Shown: positions 26,913 to 39,000 of the stretch, in pieces
Position numbering within the stretch: the first letter of the stretch is position 1
Layout of the letters: each line of letters opens with the position of its first letter
Assembly (NCBI GenBank): GCA_043732015.1
Contig: JAYTIE010000261.1
Location: forward strand, 1 to 50,378
DNA length: 50,378 bases
Origin: Elusimicrobiota bacterium
GTDB lineage: Bacteria; Elusimicrobiota; Elusimicrobia; F11
Direction: 5' to 3'
Notes under the pieces: model-generated
What the model saw: the letters and a program-made list of their open reading frames with translations, nothing else
The model's database searches: none
What the model was told of the DNA's origin: nothing
Made by a program: the position numbers and the translations under genes

Positions 26913-27041
26913 CTGCGTAGTCGAATTCCTCCGCCGCTTTGTCTCCGAAAAAATCCAGGCCCTTCCGTTGCGTCCCCGGATGGTTAACGGGAAAGCATAG
27001 GCCGGGGAAGCCGAGTTTTCACCCCTTCTCTGAGGCCAGTT
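26913..27041 (-). promoter_or_regulatory. 129-nt intergenic spacer between gene A stop and gene B start, with an SD-like GGAGG and a weak hairpin plus T-run
   Basis: On the minus strand, GGAGG lies at 26928-26932, leaving 15 nt before GTG 26912, which is long for a Shine-Dalgarno spacing. A 7-bp imperfect stem (26953-26959 / 26975-26981, one G-U pair, 15-nt loop) is followed by a T-run (plus-strand A-run 26948-26953). Neither element is strong. The short spacer is compatible with co-transcription. Confidence 0.3.
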
Positions 27042-30000
27042 TTACGCCTGGGAAGCGATCAACGCGAACTTCTTCATGTCGAGGAATTCTGTGAGGTTGA
27101 GGTTAACGGCCTGAGCGCCGTCGGAGAGGATGAAAAGAATGGCCAGACGGTCCGGCATTTCCGAACTCAGCGTCTGTAATATGGCATTCGCGTTCTCTGG
27201 GAGAATGGCACCCTGCGACACCATGAACCGGACAAAGGGCGCCTTGCTGCCATCCTTGAGACGCATTAGTTCCCCGGCCGCAATGTCCGCGGATTCGGGC
27301 AGAGACGCCCAGGTCTTGACGCCGAAGGAGAATCCGAGATCGGCGGCGGCCAGCGCGGCAGCGAGGTCATCAACAGAAATGGATTCGTTGTCGGTTTCGA
27401 GCCGGACTTCGACCTCGAAGCGACGGTCGCCCATCTGTCCATTCAGCGCGCGGACTTTCCTGACGATATCGTTGATTGAGGACCCGGCGGGGGTCAAAAT
27501 TATTTTCTCGAACAGATCTCCCTTGTTGGTTTCTTTGATCGCGTTTTCCACCGACGTGGGCTTCTTCTTGTTGTAAGCGAGATCGACGCCTTCCATAACC
27601 GCTTGCAACGATTGATCACGGAGTCCGTTCAACTGTCCCTGGAATTCACCGATGTCGGCGGACGGCCGGTCGAACGCGGTCCCAACGCCGAGCGGCGCCT
27701 CTTCCGGAAATCCATTGATGATGTTAATCGCTTCGAGCAGTTCCTCGGCAGACCGGTCGGCGACTGGTTTCGATGCGATCGAATACAGCCGCGCGACTGA
27801 TTTTCCCCGGGAAATAAGGGTTTCATCCTGGGACGGTGGCGGCATAAGGTTTGTCGGGAGCGGCACGATGCGCTTCGTCCCGCCTGACGTCGCGGCGCGC
27901 GCAATGGCGGCGACCGCCGTGAACAGGCGAGCGCGAAATTTGTAGGCAAGAATGAGAACAAACGAGGCGATCGCAACCAAGATCAGGATCGGGTTGAAGT
28001 GAGCGGAAACCACCGCCTGTCCTAGGCCTTCCAACGGAGCGGCCTGCGCTCCGGACGCGCCGAAGAGAATCACAAGCAAAGCGAGGAGCCCGGTGTTACG
28101 AACCGTTGAACCGACAGGCGTCCGGCTCGCTGTGCGAGCCGGCGGCGGTGTGCGCGTCTCGTCTTTCTCACGCCGTTCGGCCACAGTTTTCGGGGCCGGT
28201 TCCTGTTTTCCAATCGGCTTCGCGGCGTCCGCCACGTCATGTCCAATCAAGTCCCGCATTTTCGTGAGGACATCCTGATCCGGGTTCGGGAGGTCTTTCA
28301 GTTCGCCATAAACAATGGTCAGGAGACGCCTGGCTTCACGCATGTTCTTGCTGCGGGAATAAAGATCGGCCGCCAGATAGAGCACCTTCGCGCGCGCGAG
28401 ACGCTCTTCCGCCGTCCACTCGAAATCATTGTTCACGAGCGCGTCCAGAATCGCGAACGCGTAGTTGTCGAATTGTCCCTGTTTGGAGAGCCCGTTGATG
28501 ACGTCGAATAATTGTTTCGTGTTTGTGATCGCCACGCCGCCGATCATGACGGCGGCCAGGCCGGTGGCGCCCGCCGCGTTGACCGTGGTCACCGGCAGCG
28601 TGACCGGCGCCGTTTCCTCCGGCTCCGTTGGAAGCGGCGTGGTGCTCTCAGGCGCGGCGGGACGCGGATTGGCGCGGCCCGGAGTGTCGGAAGCAGGCCC
28701 ACGGCCTCGAATAATCAGGAATATCCGGCGAAGGTAGATCGAGAAGATTCTCTCTCCCCACACGTCGATCATCGACAGTGCGGCCGACCAGAGGGAATTG
28801 ACCTGCGAGGAACGGATCCGGTCTCCCGCCGTCGTGCGCCCATAGTCTTCTTCCTTCACGAGCTTTTTCATGCGGCCTGCGAAGACGAACCGGTCCACCA
28901 GCCATGAAATCATTGCTCCCAGGTTCATGATGATGACGCCGACAAGAATGATGAGCAACGTTCCAAACACGAAGTCGGCCAACGGCATCGGTACGACGCG
29001 ATCGCCGATGTTGTAGGAAACAACGCCCGAGATCGGCACGATGCCGAGCCAAAGCGATGCGACGAAGCCCAGAATCGTGTTTCGCGTGAGAATCGTGGCG
29101 TAGCGGGCGCGTGTCTCTTCCCGTCCCGCCAGCCAGGAGATTGATCCACGAAGGATTTTGTCGAGCGGCTTGATCAGGTTGGGGACCTTCTGGCCCCGAA
29201 CGTTGAGACCCGTCAGCACGCTGAACAACCAGAGGCCGACGTTAATCAACGTACGGCCGATGAAGAAGGCCATCCACGAGCCGATCGTGAACAGGAAGAA
29301 TTGATCCATCGTCAGCACGCCCAGCGCCAGCAACGTTGAAGTGATGAAGACGGAAATCGAATTCGGCGAGAAATGGCCTCCCTTCGCCGCGCGCGGCAGC
29401 GCCTTGGCCAGAACGTAAAACCCGCTGATGATCGCGATCGCAAGTCCGGCGTACACGCTCGCGCCCGGCAGAATTCCATAGGCCACAAAGATCAGGCCGC
29501 TGATCAGGACGCCACTGATGAGTCCCAATGGCTTGAACATCCAGTGAAGAACGCCTTTGCGTCCGATCACGTTTTCATTCACATAGTTCGCGAGCAGGAG
29601 CCCGGAGATCACGAGCAGCGGCAGATAAAGCAAAACCACGTTCAACACGTCGAGGTTCATGAGGGCCGCGTAGTAGAAGCCCATGTAGATGAGACCCGAA
29701 ACAGCCTGTTCCGCGAACGCCATCCGCGCCATCTTGAAGCGGCCCGCCATCGACGGATTGGCCATCTGTTCCTGGAAGTACTGCCACGAATTGTCGATGG
29801 TCAGAACCGGCGGCGCCGATGGGTTGAAGGAGTAGTTCCAGTTGAGGCCAAGAACCAGCCCCTGGTTCATCGCCGCGTTCTCGGTGTTGACGCCGCCCGC
29901 CCACACCGTAATTCCCGTCCACCATTCGCTGAGCCACTTGGCCGGACCGGTAATGGGACCGGTGAGGCGGATGGCGCGAATCATTCCGTGCACCGCGAGC

Positions 30001-33000
30001 ACGAGCATGGCGAGGCTGCCGTAGAGGAACCAGACCGCATCGATACCGACGAACGACGTCCAGTTCAGAAGAATCAGCATTCCCATCAATGTGATGTTCG
30101 CCATGATGAGCGGGGACAGCAGGTAATACTCCTCGCCGTCACCTCGGCTTTCCTTGTCATAGAAGGAGATGGGCGCGTGGATATAGATGATCCGGATGAA
30201 CGTGCTGGCGAGAAGTTGCAGGAGACCCATCACCCAGCGCCAGCGCGCGGCGTTAAGCTGATAGGACGGACCGCCTTCGCGCATCTTGCGATAGAGAAGA
30301 TTCGACATGCGGCGCCACATCATGACGCCGATATCGCGCTCCGTCTGCGCAACGGCGAGCGACGATCCATAGTCTTCGCTCTGGAACAGGAGATTGATCC
30401 AGGCGCCAACGGAACCGTAGGCGTTGTCCCAGTTGGAATACCAGGTTCCAATCCGGTCCCGGAGACGTCGCGTAAGGGGCTTCGTGGGGTACAGCGGATC
30501 CATCGACAGGCGGACCGGCAACTTCGTCATACCCTCGATTGACTCACGGAATTCCCAACCGGGCGCGAGCGCTTCCGTGTTGTAAACCGCGAGCAGCGCG
30601 CGTTGGATGGTGGACATTCCGCCTTCACCATATTTCGGATTGAGCGAGAAGTCGCCGCCAGTCTGGGGCCCGAGCTTTGTGTCGCGGTCCGGGAAGATGG
30701 AGCCAAGACTCTTGTCTCCCATGATGTCCATTTCATCCCGAAGTTCTTCATAGGGGTCGTCGCTGACGCCGTTTCGGTCCTTTACGGCAAGAATGTTCGC
30801 CTGATCAAATTTCAGATTGGAGCTCTGAAGGAACAGGTAGGAGACGCCCTGCATGGCGACCGCTTTCGCCATGAAGTTTCCGGCCACTTTGACGCCCGAC
30901 GCGATGGGCTCGAGCCCCGCCGCCTGGCGCATCTCCGGTGTGGTCTGTTCGATCGGCACGAGCTGGCCGGCCACCGCCACCTGCTCGCCCTCTCCAGCGA
31001 TGAAGTTCATGAGGTCAATCAACTTCTGACGCTGCCGCATTTCGTTGTCAACCATTCGGGGATCCTGCCCGGCCGTGAGAACGAAGTTGAACGGAATCAA
31101 ATACTTCTTTGCGAAAAGGGCCGGATTCCTGTCCTTCTCCGCGCGCCAGACCTTCACGCCCTCCACCATGGAGATGGCCGTGTCATAGGCCGAGCCGCCC
31201 TTTGAAGTGGAAAGAACGTCGATCATCCATCGGCGGGTGCGGTGAGCCAGGACAAGGCGCCGCCGGTCCTCATCCGTCTGGCTCGGACGCCGCAGGCTGA
31301 ATGGCTGCGGCGTATTCGGATTCCAGAGCTGAATGTCCGGGTCATAAAGCGGGAAGTCTGCGCTGATTTCCAGTTCATGCAACTCATTGAACAATCTGGA
31401 AATCACGGCGTCGGCCATCTTCTCATTGAGAGCTTTGATCGGCCATCCTCGGAACAACTGGCCCGGAATCCCGTATCCGATGGCGGCCCGCTCCAGGAGC
31501 TCGCTGTTCGCATAGGCCCACAGATACAGCGCCCGGGACTTCGCCTGGCGATATCGGGTCCAGTTTTCCATCACGAGTTTCGTGGTGGAGTCGGCGTTTG
31601 GATTTCCATTCACATAGGCGGCAGCAAGGAACGCCGGTGAAGCGAGCGAGTCCAGACCCGCCATGACCGTGAGCGCGAATCCGTCCCGGGGCTCCCGATT
31701 GACTGCGCGATAAGCCTTCTGGATGAGCGCGATCACAACGAACACAGCGACGTTGACGGCCAGGATTCCAACCGACCACTGGGCGATGAGAATGAGCGGG
31801 CTTGCAGTAAGAAGAAACAGCCAGCCAGCGCCGGCCAGCAGGCCGACCGAGAAAAGCGAGTAGCCAATCATCGAGGGAACAGTCCGCAGCTTGAACGGAG
31901 TCGTGATGAGTTCCTTGTAGAGAATCACGATGCCCGCGAAGAATGTCAGCAGAATCTTGTTCGCGTAACGGCTCAGGATGAGCGTGAGGATCAGGCCCAT
32001 GCCGGCCACCATCATCCGAACCTCATGGTTGAAGTAAAAGGAGATCCAAAACTGGATCAGAAGGCCCGTCGCGATCACGTGCTTCATCGGAATCCACCGG
32101 TAATCCGCCAGAGACGGAAGCCCGAGTTTCAGCCCCTTGACTCCCTTCAGCCCCAGTTCGCGCCCGACGAATCCGAGGAAATTAATCAGCGCCGCGGAAA
32201 CGATGCCGGCGCCAATTCCAAGCCCCAGCGACAGATGAAGCGTCAGTCCCTGGCCCAGCACGAGCCACGTGGTGACGCCAGCGCCCGTGACGAGAAAATT
32301 CCCGACCGTTCCCCAGGTCAGCTTCTTGTAAAGGCCCGGGAGAAGCGCCGCGACCGCAAACCCAGCGACACTCGCGAATATTCCGATGGATTGCGCGGAT
32401 GTGTAGGACGCATAGAAAAAGGGCCAGACGTTCATCCCCAGCGGGACGGCGATGGCGAAGAACAGGAGAAGTCGCTGATGGAACATGATGGTACCCATCA
32501 TTCCCGACCACGACGCCGCGAACGAGAACATCCATTTCAACGTGTTCCCGATCAAGGACTGGTCCCACACGAGGCGGACGATCGCCTGGGCGGCGAGCGC
32601 GCCCGAGAACGCAAACTGAATGATTCCCATGTCCAGCGTCGGCGGAGAAATGAACATGATGCCGATGATGGAAGCGATCAACGACAGTCCGCTGCCCATG
32701 CGCGCGAGCCGGCGGCGGGACAGCAGCCGCACCACGCCGGGCGTCAGCGTCGAAAGATTGGGCGAGCGATAGGCGAGAAGCCGGAAAACCACGCCGGCCG
32801 CGAGGCCTCCCATCAACAGACGGGTTCCCCACACGTTCTGCGCCATCGAGATGGCGGTGGGAATCGTCTCAAGCCAGGGATCCACGCCGAACGTCATGAC
32901 GCCATGGAACGCGGCGATAAGCAGAAGCGCCCAGAACACATAGAAGAAAACGTGCATCGACAACTTGAGCATGGAGTGGATGGAACCGGTGCCGAGAGAA

Positions 33001-36000
33001 CTCAGCGGCTCGGTGCGTTTCCATTTGTTGAGGCTCTTCTCATAGGTGTCGCCATCGAACGTGAACACGCCCCCCTCTCCCTTCACCATGCCAACGCGGT
33101 TCAGCGTGGTTTCGAGCGATGGCGTGTTCTCCGCGGTCAGTTGTCCGCGGGTCCGATTCCAGAACGTCGGCCGGGGATTCATCCCCACGCGGACGGCCAG
33201 GCGCGCCCGGAGTTCTTCGCGGATTTCATAGAGAAAAATTTCACGGTCATCGTAGACGAGCTGATTGACCTCTTCCGGGTTCTCGCCTTTGCCAAGCTGG
33301 ATCAGGCGTTTCGCGAAGTCATCCTGAATGCCGTACACGAGCGCGCGGATCTCCGCCTGGGTCGGCGTGGCTTCCGCTGGAGCGCCGGGAACGGGCGTCG
33401 TGTCATGGAACGCCCGCAACGTGAGGTAAGTGATCAGAAGGTTGAAGAGGAACAGAGATTCCGCCGACGCTTTGTTGACGCCGCCTTCCTGCTTGAGAAC
33501 GATCGAAAAATCTCCGAACCAGTGATCGACGCCGAGGATATCGGTGGCGAAATCGTTGAGCCAGCCGCGATAGACCTGCTGGGGATCCCGTCCGTTCAGC
33601 GCCGCGATCATTTCCGGCGGGACTTCCCAGTTCAGGAACTGACTGCGGTAACCGTCGATCTTCGCGATGGTGCGGCCATTGATGGTGATCCGCATGCCGC
33701 GGAAGGCGAGCCACGTCAGGATCGTCCAGAAGAAGAGAAGCGCGTATTTCACGATGATGACCTTGATCGTGATGGAGACGGAATTGACGTTGTTCCACAT
33801 CACATTCCAGAGCCGCTGAACGGGCTGGTCGACGATTTTCTCCGACAGGTCCAGCGTCGGATCGTTCAATACCGCATTCTGCCCCGCCGCGAGCTGGGCC
33901 TTCGCCTGATTGCCAAGGACGATTGGAGAGAGCGGGTTGTTGCCGTTTTCCGCGAGATTGACCGCGAGCGTTACGAACGGCTGGCCCTCGAAGCGACGGG
34001 GCGTCTTTTCCAGCTCCGCGGTCCGGTCGGGCTGAAGCGCGCTGGGCGCCTGGGCGTCGCCGATCATGAGCGGAGGGGGTGTTGTTTCGGACGTCGGGAA
34101 AATGATCTGGCCTTCACCCGTCGAAATTCCAGTTTTAAGGGGAACGGAATTCGCGTCGATGCCCACGATCTCGGGGAACAGTCCGTTCTGAAGCGGGATG
34201 CTATTCAGCGACATGCGCGCGAGCGCGGCGGCGTTGTCATGATGAATCTCGGAAGCCGTCATCAACAGAAGCGCCGTCATTTCGGGCGAAAGTCCTTCCC
34301 GGACGCTGGTCGGCATGCCCCAGGTGAGCCCGTAGAGCCGCCGGCCGTTGGGGCCCTGAACCCAGACGCCAAAGACGCTGAGAGCCTCGTCGAGGTCATG
34401 GCGAAGAACCTCATCGGAATATCCCCCCATCCGTTTCTTGGCGAGGATCATCAGCATCGACGACTCGGCTTCCGTTCGAAGCTCTTCCACGATCAACGAC
34501 ACGTCGCTGGGATTGGGAAGCTGGTCGAGTCCGCGGTAATCGCGCTGCTCACGAAGGCGCGCGGGCGTGAGGAATCCGTGCGGGCGATCGACAACATATT
34601 TCCGGAGCCACTCCTCCTGCTTCTTGACCGCCAGATCAATCTCGGCGGCATTCCGCTCAATGGTGGCCTGCATGACGGGATTTCCGATGGCCTGCGCCTT
34701 CATCTGATTCAGCACGGCCTGGAAGTTCTTCAGATAGAAATAGGCCTTCACGTTGTCGACGGTTAGATAGCCGTCCGGTGGCCGGTACGCATTTGGAAGT
34801 CCAGCGACGATGAGCGGCTCGCCCGGTTCCCAGTGAACGAATCCGTTCTTTCCGTTCACCTTGGAGCGATAGTCCAGTCCGTGGCGGAACATGCGGAAAA
34901 AAAGCTGGAGGCCGCGCTCGTCACCGGTCTTCGCCCAGTAGCGAAGTCCGACGTCGGCGAACGCGAACTGTGGGAGGATCTTCTTCTCGGCCATACCGGG
35001 GACGTTGTATTCGATGTTTCTCTCTTCGGGCGAACCGTGCATGACGTTGTAAGCGCTGAAGGCGGGCTCGCGTCCCTCTTTAAGCCGATTCCAGATCGGA
35101 AGGAAGGCCTGCGTCGCGGCCGCCTCATCCTTCGTGTCGGTGACAGCGGCGAAATAAAGCTGGAGGCGTTCGGCGTAGGCGAGGTCCGAGACCTCATTGC
35201 CGGTCTGCGTCGCGGGCAAGCCGGTGGGATTGGTCAGCGCCTTGCCCAGGATCTGATCGACGATCACCGGCGACGAGTTTGCGGCAGTGCCTCGGTTAGG
35301 CATCGAGCCCTTCACGGCCGCGTCCGACGCTTTTGGAACGGGGTTCCGCTGATGGCCGTAGATCGGGAAATGCGCCGCGATGGCGTCCTTGCGGCCAGCC
35401 GCGTCAAGCAGCGCAACATCCACGGTTTTGAGATAAGGCGCGATGAACGGATCTGTCACGCCAAGATGGCGAAGCAGCGCGTTGTAGGCGTTGGCCGGGA
35501 TGTTTTTTCGCGGAAGGATGCCGTTGTGGAGGCGCGTATAGATAAAGGTATAGGGATTGTAGAGCGTGACGTACGGCGCGGAGATGATCTCCCCATTTTC
35601 GATGTAGATCTCGTAACGGATGTGGACCTCGAGCTTAACGCCCTGGTATCCGTTCCCGATGGACTGCTGCACGACGGCCTGAAGATTGGAGCTGTCGACA
35701 AGAAGAGCGGACTGCCATCCCGTCGGACTGTCGTACATGGCGAAAGGCTGGGTGAGCGCGGCATCCGGCGCGGCGACGAAACGCACCGTCACCGGGCGAA
35801 CCTGATTTCCTTCCCGCACATTGAACGTGCGCTCCATGAGTTCGCCCCACACCCACACCTCGGAAATCCGGCTGTCGGCAGGTCCGTACTCGATCACGGT
35901 GTTCCCGCGAGAGCCGCGCGTGACGACGACCGGGCCCGCAGTTTTCGAAATCTTCTTTTGACCATCGACCTCGACCACGGAACGTCCCAGCGGCGTGCCT

Positions 36001-39000
36001 TCCACCGTGGCGTCACCGGGCAGGCGGAACCGGCGCAGGTCCGACACCGCGTCGATGTTTCCTTCGTTGTTCTCAAGGGTCACGGAGGTGATCTTCGTAA
36101 CGTCGAGACCGAGGAGAAGAAGGTCCGCGACGGGAACGATAACGATATCGCTTCCGCTCGGATGATCCACAGCCCGAACGTTGTCGCGCATCGGAACCAT
36201 GCTGGCCTGCACTACCTTGTCCCCATTCTTGATCGAGTACGCGGCGGACGCGGCTTCTTCGGTCGAGTAGAACGATCCGTTGCCGTCCTTTCCGATCACG
36301 ACCATGTTGGTGCCATCCGTGAAAATCATACGAAGGCCGTCGCGTTTTCCCGATTTGACGGACACCGCGACGAAGGCCGTGTCGGCGAAATTGCTGGCAG
36401 GAAGTTTGATATTGGTGCTGGCGGCGTGGACGTTGCGGAGCGCCATGGTGTCTTCCCGCGGAAAATAGATGACGGACTCGGCGTTCTCAATGCTCTTCGT
36501 AATGGACACCACCCGGCCACCCGCGTCAAAGACGCGGGTTTGCGGACGGCCCAGCGTGTCGCCGAGAATCGGGTGCTTCGACTCAAACGTCCGCCGCACC
36601 AGCGGACCGCTTGCCTCATCAGGCATGAGCGGATCGAAGTCGAGCGCCTTGCCGCTCTTGCTCTTTTCAACCGTGCGATACGAGGGCGCAACCATCTCGG
36701 CCGGACGATCCGGATTTGCGGTTGCAACAACATAGCTTTGCATCTCGGACTCGCCGGCGATCCAGAGCTGGAGATCGTTGTCCCACTGGGATCCCGTCAT
36801 GAAAAGGCGGTAATGCTCGGCGCGAATGCCGTCGTTGCGCGGCCGGATGACCTGGTAGACCGCGACCGCGCGGCCCTTCGGATCAACTTCCTGCACTTCC
36901 TGACTGGCGTTTTCGTTGAGTCCGACGACAAGTCGCTTCTCATTAAGAACGAACACGCGTCCATTCGTGTGGGTGGCGGGAGCCTGGTCCATAAGGAAGG
37001 CGCCGCCGACGGACCGAACGATGGCGCGCGCCCGTGTATCCCACTGCGCCGTGGCCAAAGGTCCCTGCGCCGCGCCCTGCTTCAGCGTCTTGCCCTCGAG
37101 AACCGGCGCTCCGAAGGGCATGCGAAGCTCGCCCGCCGCCGTCGGCACGTCAATCGTGGCCAAGGCGCTGAGCGTTCCATCCTGCAAAGTGAACTGGCCT
37201 GTGGGCGTCTTGCGGTAGGAGGTTCGCCCGATCTCGCGTCCGATGACGATTCTCCCCAGCGGCGTGGCGACGGGTTCGTGACTGACGACGGTCAGAATCT
37301 CAGGTGTTTCAATTTCGCGGACCGGATCCACCGAGTCGCCGTAGAAATTATTGAGGTTGCCCGCGACCGGACCCGAGCGGATTATTTTCCACTCATGAAC
37401 CTGACCCGCGGGCAGAACCGGAAGCTGTTTCCCGGCGTCCCGCGCGATGATGGCGCTGACCGTGTCCGGCAGCGGCGCGCTGGACGAAGCGGCGTCGCGC
37501 GTCGCGCCGGCGAGAACCTGCGTTTCGGTGAGTCCGACAAATCGATCGTCCGGGTCGAGCTCGATATCGACATTGTGACGAACCTTCATCGTCATCTTTC
37601 CGTTCGCCGGATCCTTGTAGACGGTCGCGGCGCGTAGGTCGAACTCTTCGCCGGTCCGCTCGAATAGGGCCCGCTCTTTTCCGACGTCGCGGAAAACGAA
37701 TTCATTCCGGTCCGGATGGAAGGTCGAGTGGAGGAACCGGCCTTCGTAAGTCGCGCTGTATTCGTTGTGCGTGACCGACACCACGGCGCCGCCGGGCTGA
37801 ACTTCCCGGTGCATCTCTTTCACCGCGTAGGTGACGCGTCCGGCTTTGTCCACGCCGGTCTTGTCCATCGTCTTGACGAGGAAGCCCCCGACCCGAATCT
37901 CGATGTGACCGCTGACCGTCCGGCCCGTCTTCACATTGAAGAATTGCTGGCTGTGGTTTTCGACCCAGTCCGCGCCCCGGCTGCGCTCCACGAGATAGGC
38001 GTCCGGATTTTCCCAGACCGGAACGTTGTACTTTTCCTGGTACTGGTAGCCGTCGCGGTTGGTCAGCGAGACCACGCCCGGCCGATCCGGAGCGGAGGTT
38101 CTTTCCATGCGGGTCTTCAGCGCGCCTTCCTTGTAACGCGCCTCGACGCGTTCGAAGAAGTTTTTGACAGTCGGAGCGGTTCCATCCGTGGTCAACCGGG
38201 TGGCGTCCCGAACGATCAGATCGCGTGATTCGAAAATATTGTGAGGCCGGGTCGCCATCTGGCCGTTCTGGAAGCGGACGAACACGAGGTTCTTTCCGGT
38301 AATCCGCGCGTCACTGCTGAGCGGAAGTTCCGCGTTCTTAAGTAGCACGCCGTTAATCCGAATGTCTTCGCCGCGCAACTCGCCTTCGACGGCGCCGAGA
38401 ATGTCCTGGAACCGGAGAAAGCGGACAGTCTGGGCGCCCTGCCCCTCGGTGATCGCGGCGACCGTCAGGCCGCGGGAATCCAGGCGGTACCCCTCGGTGA
38501 CTGGCGTTTGGCGGCCAAAACGGACGTCCGTCGGCGTTGGAAGAATCGGAGAGGCGCCGAAAACGCTCGGAAACCCCCGGTGATTGGCGCTTGGACCGAT
38601 CTGCGCTTTCCGGTAGGCCGCCAGGTCCCGAAGACTCTGGCTGGTTCCGTAGAACAACGCATAGCGTGTGGTTTTTGTCTTCCAGGATTCCGTGGCGGAA
38701 ATTTCGGCGAGTTCCGCGATGGCGGCGTCGCGGCGACCCGCGGTCGTGGCGGGGTCCCGGACTTCCCGGTATAGATTCTGAATCAGTTCATCGAGCTCGA
38801 GGTAGATGCGTTCGAAGTTGTTGATACCGGAAGTGACTTCGCTGTAGCCGCGCGTGACCGCCCACTCAATCGCGCCCGAGATGCGCTGCCGCGCTGCCGT
38901 TAGAGCGGAGATCTGTGCCGTGTTGTCCCCGACGGCGCCGCGGAGACGGCCGATTTCTGCGTCGATGCCCGTCAGCGACTGACGGGCGCGGGCCACGCCG

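Noticed and set aside
26948-26981. Rho-independent terminator in the A-B spacer
   Set aside because: The stem has only 7 bp including a G-U pair, the loop is 15 nt, and the T-run is short. It is too weak to call a terminator. It is reported only as a low-confidence element of the spacer.
34833-37637. Plus-strand ORF of 934 aa (and its neighbour 32025..34766, 913 aa)
   Set aside because: Both lie entirely antisense to the uninterrupted gene A frame. Their translations are Arg/Gly/His/Asp/Val-rich low-complexity strings (e.g. RRRRWVEGVV, RRGDETHRHRAN) with no domain-like features. Long antisense shadow ORFs are expected opposite a GC3-rich gene.
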